Shown: positions 47,950-60,716 of the stretch, one piece after another
How positions within the stretch are numbered: the first letter of the stretch is position 1
Layout: each line of letters begins with the position of its first letter
Translations under genes and position numbers: made by a program
Notes under the pieces: model-generated
The model's input: only the letters and a program-made list of their open reading frames with translations
What the model was told of the DNA's origin: nothing
Databases searched by the model: none
From: Marsupella aquatica
Lineage: Eukaryota; Plantae; Marchantiophyta
Assembly: GCA_973895155.1 (NCBI GenBank)
Contig: OZ316894.1
Span: forward strand, 5,870,268 to 5,934,267
Length of the DNA stretch: 64,000 nucleotides
Reading direction: 5' to 3'

Positions 47950-50560
47950 ATGGAAGTCCAGTATCATCAGCACCGGGTACAGCAAGGTTCACACCACCTC
48001 GTCTTCCTCTTTGCAATCCTCACCTTCTCAGCTGGATGCGGAGTCATTGGAACAATCTCCTTGACAGAAAACGAGGAACTGGTGGTCAAGAGGTTCCAGA
48101 GCTACCTGCAGATTGATACATCTCACCCTGACCCGGACTACACTACTGTCAACAAATTTCTTATCGAACAGGGGACGCAGATTGGGCTGGATGTCCAAGT
48201 GATGGAATTCACACCAATGAAGCCTGTGGTGGTCCTCACCTGGAAAGGCACGGATGCCACTCTACCCTCAGTCGTCCTCAACTCCCACACTGACGTGGTT
48301 CCTGCCGAGAGTTTGAAGTGGGTACACAGCCCTTTTAGCGCCCACATGGACGAAGACGGAAAAATCTTTGCCAGAGGGTCCCAAGACATGAAATGTGTGG
48401 GCATGCAGTACTTAGAAGCCATTAGGAATCTGAGAGCTGCACGATTCAAACCAATAAGGTCAATTCACGTTGTCTACGTCCCTGATGAGGAGATTTTTGG
48501 AGAAGATGGGGCGCAGAAGTTCATCCAGTCTGATGAATTCAAGGAGCTGGATGTTGCATTCATCCTGGATGAGGGCGCTCCTTCTCCTCGAGATGAGTAC
48601 CTAGTGTATAATGGAGAAAAGATGCCGTGGCCGTTCGTAGTTAGGGCCTCAGGGAGTCCAGCTCATGGGTCCAGAATGTTCGATGGCATGGCGGTGCAAA
48701 ATTTGAGGGAGACTCTCATGAAGATCGATGAGTTCCGAACGGTCCAGTTTGACAGAGTGAAGTCTGGCGACGCTGCAGAAGAAGAAGTCGTTTCCATCAA
48801 CAATGTCTTTCTCAAAGCTGGCACTTCTACCCCCACGGTCTGCCCCTTCTTGTTCTCTGAAGGATAGCCTTGAGTGTTCACTTTGCTTCAGCGCTGTAGT
48901 ATTTGTACAATTCAGGTCCCATTGCCACTAGAATCTCTATTCATTCTTTCTCTCGACATTGATTAGTTCTTCAGCTCTAGGTCCCTTTGGCAATTTACTT
49001 AGCTTATGTCATTGTCCTAAACTTGAGACTTCTGACATTTTGGACCCCCTTTGGTTCTTCTCCATCCGGAGACATTTAAATCGATTCATTTCTTCATTCT
49101 TTCCTTGTCAAGTTCGTTTCTATAGAGACTAATTCTGTTTGTCCTAACGAAACATGTGGGCAGGGCTTTGTTATGAACATGCAGCCATCAGAAGCAGAAG
49201 CAGGTTTTGATATGAGGGTGCCACCGTTTGCAGATACAGACCTTCTTGAAAAACTGATTGTGGAAGAGTGGGCGCCGGCTTCTCGAAACATGACCGTTAG
49301 TGTAAGCGTCTTTTCCAAGAATAGGGCAGCTATTCAATGGTTGATATAGCTCCTGAGTTAGAGTTTGCCAACAATTGCTCAGTCCAAGTTGTTCAGGGCT
49401 TGTAGATTGCTGTATTCACCACTAATCCACGATGAACAAGAAACAAGGTAGGTTACACATTTATGCCGTGCACGGAACAAATCAGCTCTCACGTACTTGT
49501 ACTTATGCTAAGGCGGTCACCATTAAGCAGTTGTCTTCATGATCATGTTGCATTAGCTGTCATTTGCCTTTTGAGTTACAATTTTGGCCTTCGAATTGTG
49601 AGGTCATTAGAGGTCCCCTTCTGCTTGCTAGCAACACTTGCCGATTATCTGAGAAGGTATTACTTGATTTGCATTCGCAAGAACTAGGCAAGTGAACCGC
49701 AATTGTTGAAGGAAGATTTTTAGTGGACGTTATATCTGCACTTCCAGCCAACTCATCAGTGAATATTGTCAAGCATTTGAAAGTTTGTTTTTCGTGATTG
49801 AACAGTTTATAAAAAAGCGAGGTGTGAAAAACAAGTTTGGACAGCCAGCTGTGACAGTCGCAGATGATACAAATCCATGGTGGATACGATTGAAGGTTGG
49901 GGTCGCTAATGGTGGAGGCAGCCTAGGCAAGCCCAAAGTCCTCTTTGGTTGCACAGATGCTCGATTCGCCCGATTTGAGGGAATCCCAGCATTTGGATTC
50001 TCGCCCATAGCGAACACACCCATGTTGTTACATGGTCACAACGAGGTGAGAAAAAGCTATATCTTGGAAAAAGAATTTATTTATTTTACTCCAGAGAAAA
50101 ACAAATCGACTCCACGCTCGAATTAAGAACTGTTGTAGTCAAGACTGAAAATGTATTACCAGTGAGAGTCAAGAAGAGTGTTTCTTTAATCAGCCTCTGC
50201 TCACGACTTTTCATGGAAAGACCTCAAGTGATGAGGATTGCCAAGCTACTTTGGAAGATCAAAAGAGTTTATTCTCTCGTTGTATACAACAATCCTGATC
50301 TTCTAATTTAAAGCATTAAGACTTCACTAAACGCTATTGAAAGTGAATCCGTTGGTCCAAACTCTGTCTGTGATGCTGCCACCCTGTTTGTCCTTTTCAC
50401 TTGCTTCTCCATCTCATGGCTCATCGTACTGTGGGTTGTACAGTTCTTGCCCGTGAAAGAGTACCTCAAGGGAATCACTGTCTACGAGGAGATCATTAAA
50501 TCGTTTACAGGACCGGCAATTGAAATGCACAGGGCCGACACCAGTTCATTAAAAAGCTGA
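47950..50560 (+). CDS. ACY1: Aminoacylase-1 (peptidase M20A), ~460 aa, with N-terminal hydrophobic signal
   Basis: Model join(47950..48837,49164..49301,49806..50045,50444..50560), all phase-0 GT-AG introns. Motifs LNSHTDVVP, IFARGSQDMKCVGMQYLEA, PDEEI, LDEG, MNMQPSEAEAGFD, TDARF, GFSP, LLHGHNEFL. Confidence 0.95.
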
Positions 50561-52689
50561 GTTGCAAAGTCAATATTCAGAGTTGCTACAGAGTTGTAAA
50601 ATCTTTCTGAGTGCAATCACCGGTGTACAGATAGTTGCCCTGCCAGCTTTGCACTCAGCTGTACATAAAGTGTACAGGAAGACGTAGACGCACATCACTC
50701 TCAACAGGATACCATGAATCACCCTGTCGCCCAGTGTTTGTGCCTAGGATAAAAGGTAGGATTCACTATTCTAGACAGACAGAAGGCACAGGCATTTGTC
50801 TCCTGAATTGTATCTCTACTCTTTCAGTTTTCCACCCTCTTCTTACTCGCACTCTCTATCCCATTCAAATTGTGTATCTGGGGTACAGCCCGTCCCATTA
50901 TCTGTACAAGACTCTGGGTGTACAGTCCTGCCCGCTTTACTGAGCAATTTGTAGCTTCAGATCTTCATCATTGTTTTAGATTCAGACATTTCACATGGAC
51001 TCTTAAGTTGGCTCAAATACATGCTACAGTTATAAATTTGCAATATCTGCGACTGAATAAGAGTTTCCTTGTTGTGTGTAATGTTGCATGTTCTATATTT
51101 GGTTACCATGGGTGGGGAATTAAAGGCTGTGTTCATGCTCAACTGACAGTAAAAAGTGTGCTAACCAATTCACTGGGTTTCTGTGATCTTTAAAATGGGG
51201 TGCCCATCTTCTCACAATTGCCGGTACACAACCAACTGCTGGGCATAGCGCCCAGATCCTTCAATTTCTATCCTTCCTTCGATCCGTCCAATATATTTTC
51301 TGGTAGCCTGGATTTAGTATTTTGAGGGCCACAGTGTTTCGTGCAAGCAGTTGCTCTGAGCAGACAAATATTGGGCTTGAGGGACTGGGTTGAGGGAAAT
51401 TCTACACCGGAGGTCTTAGAGCTTCAGCATGACGGACATCGATCGATGTATCTGATGAAGAAAATGAAGCACCAAATGCTCATGACGGAAACAAATTGAA
51501 AATTTTGACGACGCTGGGACTCGACTGCTCTTATGCTGATGGACAAACATAATTTGGTTGATGAGGGAGGTATCAACGAAATTGTGGCCCACGAGTGCTG
51601 ATTCCCTGTTCTCCTTCTGCTCACGCGCGATTCCACTTGCCATCGTATTTTTACTAGAATACCTACTCTGAAGCGTATCAGTGGCAGGTTTTGTCAACAA
51701 TGAAATTGTCTAATCATATGTGATTCTCGATTCTCTTACAGATTGTCTTCACTCATTTTAGCTTGTGCTCACTTGAGAGTCGAGATCACAACCCCCTCTT
51801 CATAGTATTTTACGAATAACTTCATGCAAATGGTCTTGAAAGCAATAGGAAAAAGCGAGGTACACCACATCCTCAACTCGGTTAGACAGCGAGTCCTCGT
51901 GACTCTAAAGAGGGGGAACTTGCTACAGCATTGAAACCTGTCTTGCTTTGGGGAACCACAACTTTTGCCCTGGTCTTTCTGGCTTTTTGGCCTTTCTTTT
52001 GCTTTCCCTTGATTGGTTTTGTGCCTGAGGGATCATGTGTCCTGGTTGGGGTCTTCCCTTGATTGGGTTATTTGCCTGAGGGATCATGTGTCCTAGTTGG
52101 GCGTCTTTGTTATTTGGCAGCTTGAAATAAAATTTATAATCATACTGAATTCTAGACCTACCTCCACGTTTGCCAAAATGCTCAGCTAGATTGATTCAAT
52201 CGGGAACCCACTTTTCAGGTGGTAAATCTTTTCTGGATCTGTGAAGTGTGGCAAGGAAACCAGACATGAATTCTAGATGACAGTCATGAATTCCATCCCC
52301 AAACCCACTTTCTGCTCATATGGTGTACATATTATTCAGATCAGTGAAGTGTGGCAAGGAAAGGTGACAGTCATCTTTAGAAATTTGTAGGTCATTCCAT
52401 TCTCAATAAAAATTTGAAGATGTTAGACTCATTGGAAAGATACTTTCAAGCAGTCTCTAACAAACCCCCAGAAAAATAAGATTCCATTGGATATTGAGGG
52501 AGACACTGAATGTCAATATTAGCTCCCAAAAAAGCTTTTGGAAAGGGCAAAGTTTGGAGTAAGCTTTAGAATTTCAGAACACTCAATTATTTATGAAAAC
52601 TAGAGAGTTTAGACTAGTTAGAAATTTCTTTCCAAGCCTCTTTTTACGAGCCCAAGAAAAGCCAATCCAGTTGGATATTAAGCCCTAAT

Positions 52690-52925
52690 ATGAGACAACC
52701 ATAATTGTCTTTACTCTTGATCACCATGAATCTCCATCCCTAGAATCTTCTTGGCCTAACCCAAATCTTTCATTTAAAATTCCTTGCGTAGCCCCATGAG
52801 TAGCATTGGTTTCAAATGAACAATATCAGATTCATTCTCAAGTAGGATCAGCATGCCATCCACGTATACTGCCAGCATAATGTCACGAGAAATTATCCAA
52901 CTCCTTCATGTAAATACAACAATCA
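52690..52925 (-). mobile_element. Ty1/copia reverse transcriptase fragment
   Basis: Minus-strand CIYMK...AVYVDGMLI...KEF*MKDLG*AKKILGMEI...LWLSH, with stops. Confidence 0.8.
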
Positions 52926-54997
52926 TAATTAATAGAAAGTAAATTCATGGCATGGATGCTTCCGGAAACACATTGGATTGAAACACAAATGCCAAAATAC
53001 CTCCACCCAATAAACACAAAAAAATTGAAATTTGGCAAAATTGGAAATTGAATGCACCATCTTGTAGCCTGTAAGGTAAGCTTTCCAAAACATTAAACAA
53101 CTTGGCAAACGTCGGACACTTCCATTGAAGTTTCAATCATGAAAGTGACCGTTACCTCTTCTTCACACAAAACCTTCAATGCACAATGACCAGTGAAGGT
53201 TGTGACACAGATCGAATTAATTGCAAGGGTACCTTATAATTCTAGAGGTGTCCATTTATCAAATTATAGCTCAAACTAACGATTAGGACACAGATATATT
53301 AATCTCGAGGGTACCCTCTAAGTTTAGGCATGTCCATTTATCACCTGGCGAAATTTACATTTCTAGGACACAGATTGCAAAGGGTCCAACCGCGAGGACA
53401 CTACAGAACTTCTTGTCACATGATAATGTGAACAATCAATCAATAAATCAATCAAATCAATCATGGTTGAGACAGAAATGTCGGTCGCTCAAACTCCAAT
53501 GGCCATCGTGGGTCTCTGCCACTCCGTCTTCTTGACGCCACACGGTAATACCTTTCGTTTCTCAGATCCTTCCCCTCTCTCTCTGTCTCTCTCGCTTTTC
53601 GTTGCTGTTCTGATGCAAATCTACACTTCAGCTGATTCAGCTCCAACCCTCTCTCTGCTTACCGTGTTCGCTGTGACGGTCTCCGCTGTCTCTGCTCTGC
53701 CTGGATTACCATTTGGTCCTGTCTCTCCTCCAATTCTGTGTCATCTACCTGCCATTTCCTCTCGTTCCCTCAGGAAGTACGCGTGTTTCCAGTTTCTTAA
53801 TTCACTCAATTATCAGAGGTCTTGCCTTTCCGAATCTGTCTATGTCCGCTACTGTCTGGGTTTTCTCTGCTGTTTTCTGTTTTCTGGTTGTCTCGTGATC
53901 TCTTTCTCTTTCACCTCTTTGAGCTCTGCTCCGATTTCTCTCTGAATTTGATCGGCTCTCTGTAATTCTTGCTCTGGGTCTTTCCGCAGTCTTCCGCAGG
54001 TGATCCGGTCACTGATTGGGAATCGTGAGCAGCACAGGTGGAGGAATGCAGATCTGGAGCAATGTGGGTTGGAGCAGTGAATGTGGCGGGAGTGCCCTTG
54101 TTTGTGACTTATTTGTGGCTGCGTGATTATGCGCAGACGGTGGAGGAAGAATGCAGATCTGGCGAAACTTGCAGGACCAGTTCTAATATTATACTAGTAA
54201 GGGTTTTAGGAATCTGAGGAACGAAAAGGTGGAAGTGGAGGTAGTCACCTTTCGAACAAAAGAGATCACCATGATTGTCGATGGCATTGTTGGGTTTTGT
54301 GGTGGACTATTATCCAATAGAAGTTAAATGGAAAAGACGGTGAGTTCATGATTCGTTGAACACCACTGGTGACCGCGCTTTTCTAGAGGTGTCATTGGCG
54401 ATCTTGCTCGACAAGCGATCGTCATAGCGTGGGCTGGGAAGGAGGCGGTGTACTTGTTTGTCGCTCAAGAGACCCGAGTGGAGGTATGGGTGGTTGCTTT
54501 TAAGGCGGTCGAGTTGCTCAGTCATCACATCGGCCAGCAAGGAAGTCGTTGGCAAGCAAAGGCTTTTTAGGTTAATTGCAGAACAGGTGCCACTAAGAAA
54601 TTCCATCACGTCCAAAGTTCCCGGCGTGGTTTCTTTTGCTGGACGCCATCCTGTGGCTGTATTGGCAGAACAGAACGTTGATAGGTAGAGCAGGGGGGAC
54701 CGGAACAGGGGCTCCTTCAGGTCAATGGCAGATCTTTGCCACTCCATGAGACAGATTGTAGGTGGACCAGAGTAGCGTAGGTTAATTGGGTCAAGTAGTA
54801 CTCAGTCCATCATAGTGCGGCAGACACGACTTGAGAGGTCTTGGTGTGGTTCTTTTGAGGGAGAGCGCAGCAATGCTGTGGCTGCATTGGCAAGCAAGGA
54901 AGTAAGTTGGTAACAAGGCAGAGCAGAGTCTCGGTTAGGAGCAGTGCAGTTCAAGTGATCACCTAGAAAATAGAGCGCCCGCAGACATCCAGCCAGC

Positions 54998-56245
54998 ATG
55001 GTGAAGGCTGGGCCAGGCCTTCTTTACATCCTGCTCTTAGTTGCACTGATTTGTTTGTTCATCTTCTCCGACCAACCTTTTGAACACGAGGAGACAAGAT
55101 TGTACCGCAGGCAAATGCCTGGAGGCAGAAAGTACGGAGGAAGAGGGGCCAACAAGCACGAGACTCTTCCATTTGATCCTCTGATTGCAGCTGTTGAGCA
55201 GAGGCGTGAAGATAGAGAATGGGACCAGCAGTATTGGACTCACCAGTACAGAGTTTGGGCAAACCAAGCTCAGCATTGGATGAGCAACCCCAACGTGGGC
55301 GACCATCAACCTCCCCAACAGCAGTACAGTGAAGTACCACCTGCAAGGGAGCCAGAGCCGCAGCCCAATCCTTGGGAGCACTTCAATTTCTCGGATTATA
55401 ATTCAGAAGATTATGCTGGAGAAGATTACTTAAACTCAGAGCAATTCAACATCACACATCGGTTGGAAGTGCTGTTTCCACAGATTGACACCGAACCCAA
55501 AGATGGGTTTGTGAGCTTGAACGAGCTTGAGCATTGGCACAAGTTGTCAGCCCTAAGAGTCACAAATCACCGCACAGAGCGTGAGATGGAGACTCATGAC
55601 ATGAATCGGGATGGATTCATCTCGTTCAGTGAATATCTCCCCCACTTTACGTTAGCTGAGATCGAAGCACACGAGATGGAAGTGGCTGGGGCAGGATGGT
55701 GGAAGGAGCAATTCGACAACGCAGATGAAGACGGGAATTCACTTCTCAATAGCACTGAGTTCCATGAATTCCTGCATCCAGAGGACAGCCAGGTCGAGAG
55801 GATTCACAGGTGGCTAATCCGGCAGGAACTCAAGGTTCGCTCCAAGGCTCAAGGTTTTAACTTGACGTGGGATGACTTTCATGAGAACGTGTTTGATGTG
55901 ATTCGTGACTATGGAGCGGAGGAGTCTGCCTCTGAGCTCGCCCACCTGAATCCTTACCGAGACATGGAAGCGAGGAACCAGGTTCTCTCGAGGGCCAAGT
56001 TCAATGAGTTGGACACCGACAAGGATGGGTTCATCACTGAAGATGAGGCTGAGCCTTTCATGAATAGACTGCGTCCCGGAGAGCTATACTATGCGAGAGT
56101 GCAAGCTGAAGAACTGATTGAACAAGCTGACGATGACAAGGATGGCAGGCTCAGTCTCGATGAAATGTTGACACATCCATACGTCTTCTACAACACAGCT
56201 TATGACCATGGGAGCGATGCATACTCCCACGACGAGTTCCGGTAG
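54998..56245 (+). CDS. Calumenin/reticulocalbin-like (CREC-type) EF-hand calcium-binding protein, 415 aa, single coding exon
   Basis: N-terminal hydrophobic anchor, FDPLIAAVEQRREDREW, FNITHRLEVLFPQID, EF hands (DMNRDGFISFSE, DEDGNSLLNSTE, DTDKDGFITEDE, DDDKDGRLSLDE), C-terminal HDEFR as recalled for Arabidopsis At5g08580-like proteins. Confidence 0.92.
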   Translation: MVKAGPGLLYILLLVALICLFIFSDQPFEHEETRLYRRQMPGGRKYGGRGANKHETLPFDPLIAAVEQRREDREWDQQYWTHQYRVWANQAQHWMSNPNVGDHQPPQQQYSEVPPAREPEPQPNPWEHFNFSDYNSEDYAGEDYLNSEQFNITHRLEVLFPQIDTEPKDGFVSLNELEHWHKLSALRVTNHRTEREMETHDMNRDGFISFSEYLPHFTLAEIEAHEMEVAGAGWWKEQFDNADEDGNSLLNSTEFHEFLHPEDSQVERIHRWLIRQELKVRSKAQGFNLTWDDFHENVFDVIRDYGAEESASELAHLNPYRDMEARNQVLSRAKFNELDTDKDGFITEDEAEPFMNRLRPGELYYARVQAEELIEQADDDKDGRLSLDEMLTHPYVFYNTAYDHGSDAYSHDEFR

Positions 56246-57521
56246 AGGCTTGCGCTTTGCTATACAGTTCAACTTATGTTGCAAATCTTACAATTGCTTG
56301 GACGTAGTGCACGCTCTGGAGCTCTCAGTCCCGAACCCTGCACTGGCAGGGTTTGGGACTCACCATGGATCTGTCCGTGCGGAATTCATTACTGGAGTAG
56401 GCGCCCATTCTTTAATCTTAAATTTCCCCTCCCCATTTTATAAGAAATTTGAAAGTAGGGGCTTTTGACTTAGTTCCAAACGTGTGTTCAGCTTAACTGA
56501 AGACAATTTTTTGGGGGTGGTTAGCAAAAACTCTCTACTTTGAAGACAGTTTGAAGAAGGGAACTGCCCCGGCTCACTTTCTGTGCTCCTAGACATGAAA
56601 TTGAGTGACTTTGTGGAAACGGTGGAATCGAAATAGAATAAGCACTTGGAGAGTTCAGCTAAGTTGTGACTTCCAGATGTAGAAGTTATTGTGGAACAGA
56701 CTTCGCTACCTTTGTGGAAGGCAAATGGCCCAGTTGCTTCGTCATCCGAGAGCAGGAAGTGACCTGGTGCCCTGTTTTGATCTTCTAATGACAAAGTGAT
56801 AACATGCGCTGTATAAGTCCCTGAATTAGATGCAGGGGGGTGCGGGTTGGTAGAGGATTGTCTCCAGAAAGCCGCAATAGAGGAATGCACATGTCCAATT
56901 TGCTGCTCTAAGCGACCGAGACACCTCCGGGGCTGTGCCATTTCCTTATGAAGGGGTTCAAGAGGGAGATGGTCATTTCATCAGTTTCAGAAGCAGTTGG
57001 AAACTGAAGATTTTGCAATGAGTTTGCCTTGGTAGAACACCAAATCTGAGTGACATGTGTTACAAGGCCCGCCAATTTCTGTTCTTGCAAGCCCTGCGGG
57101 GTCAAGCTCTCCTCTGCATCCTGGTTAAATCACTTCTATAGTAGCTCTGTATTCTACATTACTTCTAAAATTTGGCAGGTTAGATTGCAAACATTCTATC
57201 AGGTTCTATTGAGCAGCGTTATCATTTGCATTTAAGAGTCCACGAGAAAGGGGGCAAAGGTGGTGGCCTCGGGTGGGGTGGGGTGGACCGCTCATTACAA
57301 CTGGACGTCGCTTGACTGCGCTACACTTAACTTTTCTGCTGCGAGAAGGCTACATTTTCGTAACATACTCGTCACCCGATCTGGGTGAGAAGTAACAGCC
57401 GCAATGCTTTTGAGTAAGCCCAATCCACGAGAGATAATATTACCCACCCGAATTTGAGCACATTCACAGACGTAAAACACTAGTTAAGGACATGAACCAG
57501 TCCTCGTAGTAGGCTCTAGGT

Positions 57522-60071
57522 TCAGTTAATGACTGCTGCTTTAGCAACCTTGGATAATTTCTCACGGTTGTGCGGCAACATTAGAGCTGCTGGTTGTGAG
57601 CTTCTTGGTACAGCAGGGCAAATACTTCCTGGGTTCAAAGGAAATAAAACTCTGTAGTAACCATCCATTATTGCCTCCAAATCACATGTCGCAGCAACCT
57701 CAGGAATCTGCTCAACAGTCACGAGCCACAAGAAACATCCAGTTATTTTATATACATTCATTATGCCCGACATCCAATGATATCATCTGCAGAAGAATGG
57801 CAAGGTAATATTCTGCTACGAATTCCTGAAACAGTCACACGACCTAATAAAACAGACTGAACATAGACCTATCGTGTCCCTCTACACATAAATCCGAAGT
57901 CAGACTTGTAGCATTATGACATTGGAGACTGCTGTCAACATTGACAAGATCGGGTTGAAGACTGGCCACATCACAAGAGAAAGCACTAATCATAGAAAAG
58001 TTACGTCTCTGAATCAGAAATATAAACAACTGAGGGAAAACCTGATAGATGTCGCGCAAATAGCCGGACAAGTTAGGATACTCCACAACTTTCTGCTTAG
58101 TACATTTGAACAGCGTGTTGTAGACGGCATCAAACCGATAGAGCGTGGTGAACAACCTTACATCCGCCAAAGTCAGGGAATCTCCACAAAGGTAACGAGA
58201 TGACGCCAGATGCTCGTCAAGGATGTCCAGGGTGGTAAACAGGCTGTCAACAGCTCCTTCATAAGCCTTTTGCCCCTGCGCAAATCCACACCTTCCCGAA
58301 CACAGCTTATTCAGGTCCAGATAGACGTCTGTAGTGAGTTGAGTTCAAGGCTCTGATTCCAGACCATACGTGCTCTTGATAAGGATCCAAAGCCATACAC
58401 CAGGAGGATAACTCGTTGAATGAGAGATAATGTCTACTCCATCTTCCAGCTAGAAAATGACAGAGTACAGTTATTGTAATCTAGTGAAGTCAAGCATCCC
58501 TGCAAGACCTGCAAACTTCTAATCTGTAGGGAGCTTTACAAACCTGTAGACACCATTATTGACATTGTTGTAGATGATTCCGTTCCAACGATCGATGTCA
58601 ACTTTCAAGGATGCAGGGGCTAAATCCAATCCAGGGCTGCTTGCCAAGTCATTGAAGCCCGAATTGAGAATTTCGATAATATCTGCACTCTCGTTGTTGA
58701 CAACTTCTCTTTGCTCTTGATCCCACAACATCGGCACTGTTGCCCGACCCTCGTAGCCCCCATTCCTCCCTTTATATACATCCAGTAGTCGAGCTTTCCC
58801 ATTGGCTTTATCTTTCGTTCCAGCATAACTTCCATCTCCGCCTGCAGAATGGTCATACATTACGTGCGATGTCTTAGAAGCACACCAGAGAGCAACACAA
58901 TTCTATAGAATCATGACGAAAACATGCACAGGTTCCCAATTTCTTTCCATCCCTCTGCCTTTGCGAGGGAAATTAACCCCAGAAGATGGAGAGGCCAGAC
59001 ACCTCTACATTTAATTGTAGGGGGCGAACACGTGTACCATCTATCTGACCAATAACACAGAAAGCCTTCAACTGTTCCAGATGAAAGAAATATGAACGTC
59101 TATTTGGGGAGCACTTGACGTAAACAATTTGTAAAGCTTTGAGACTTTAAGTGAACTATCCATTTGAGCACACCCGCCAAACTGAGATTTTGTCATTTCT
59201 ACTTGAAGGCCCACTAGGATGCTCCAGTAAACAAATCTTAGAAAAATAAATCTAATGGGCAGTGATCGAATTCAAGTTCGCCAGAGAGGATTGGCGTGCA
59301 ACTACTAGGACTTTGATAACCATAACTAGCCCATTGCATTGATTTTTTTATCACCCTTCCTACCCTGTAACACGTTTCCAAAACGTTTTTCTGCAAAATT
59401 TTCTGAACAACATTTCTACAAACTTCCAAAATCTTCATTCCCAAGCTCGTAGAAGTTCTACATGAACAATTCAGAGCATCAAAGAGCTGAGGAAATTCAA
59501 ACCTAAGTGAAGCGAATTCACGAAGCGCGAGCGAAATACCAGAATTCTGCGTTGCTGGCGAGAACTCCCATAGCCCGGAAGAGCCTGGAACAGCCACCGA
59601 CACAGGCACAGCGTCCCCCAATCCCTTGAGCGAATGCACAATCAGCGCCCTGTGTGCCCAAGGACAGGTAGTAGCAACGTACAGATGGAAATTCCCCGGC
59701 ACAACCCTCTGAAGGGACCGTGCTCGGAACTGGCTCTGTGGGCGGTCATACTCTCCTTCGTTCCGGCTCGGAGCAAGCTGCCCCATCATGATCTGCCATC
59801 CGGAGCCCCATAGCTGCCTTGCAACGCCCACCAGCGCTCCTGGTGGCAATCCTCGTCCCCACAGAGCCTTTCCCAGCTGCTTCACAACATCGTCCGGAGC
59901 AGCAGCGCTCCCTCTGCAGGAAATTGGGCCTTGCCTTCTTCCACTCCTCCGATTTCCATACCCAGGACTGAAATTGACCGAGTCTGGCGATGGTGGTGAA
60001 GCTGAGGACTGTGGAACAGGCTGCCCTCTCAGAGCACTGCTGCTGCCGATTCGCAGGGCCTCCTGAGCCAT
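57522..60071 (-). CDS. Glutathionyl-hydroquinone reductase (Xi-class / ECM4-like GST), probably plastidial, ~421 aa
   Basis: Model complement(join(57522..57707,58042..58291,58544..58841,59540..60071)), 1266 nt, phases consistent. Catalytic [65 protein letters not shown]. Confidence 0.95.
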
Positions 60072-60538
60072 AGCAAAATTCGGGTCGACAGGAGTAGACG
60101 CATAGCTTCAAACTCCTTATCGAGTTCAACACCACTGCTTCGGGGTTTTCCTGTAGTGGTGACAATTACCCAAATTCCACCTCCATCAAAATCCTCTTGC
60201 CACATTTGGCTAAACTTGGTCACATGTATTGAGTCTCATAGCCTCACTAAAAACTTCAAAGTTGGGGATTATGGCTTTTGGCCATAGCTTTGTCACATGC
60301 TTTGGTAAAAGTTACCAGAAAAAAACTTACCTAGCCTATGAATAATGGATTATGAATTTGGTAGTCCATAACTTTTTCTGTCTCTAACCTTAACTACTAG
60401 GTTGAGGCATTGAATTTTGAGGTTTGAGACCCCCTAGTAGAATTTCATGGGTAAATGATTGAATAAGAGATGAGTTGGCCAAGTAAATGGCCAAATACAA
60501 GGTGAAACAGATCCTATTGTACATCCTGAGGTGCACAT

Positions 60539-60716
60539 GGCTATGTCCCCGTGAGTTTTGTAACACATGTGGGGATAGCCTAGTAGCTTTTGAGCCTCCG
60601 TAAGTGATATGCTCTAACATGAAACAGACGGTAGAACTCCTTCTTGTCCATCCTGAAGTGCAAAATAATGGCTAAAGTCCCCGCGAGTTTTGTAACACTT
60701 GTGGGCATAACCTAGT
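60539..60716. repeat. ~47-bp direct repeat pair
   Basis: GGCTA..GTCCCCG.GAGTTTTGTAACAC.TGTGGG.ATA.CCTAGT at ~60539 and ~60670. Confidence 0.7.

Noticed and set aside
51880-52110. Possible Gypsy PPT and LTR start (AGAGGGGGAACT-TGCTACA) with a ~52-bp duplication
   Set aside because: No partner LTR, TSD or recognisable integrase/chromodomain; too weak to call.
53463-53945. 160-aa hydrophobic ORF
   Set aside because: Translation of the CT-rich leader and intron of the calumenin-like gene; no family signal.
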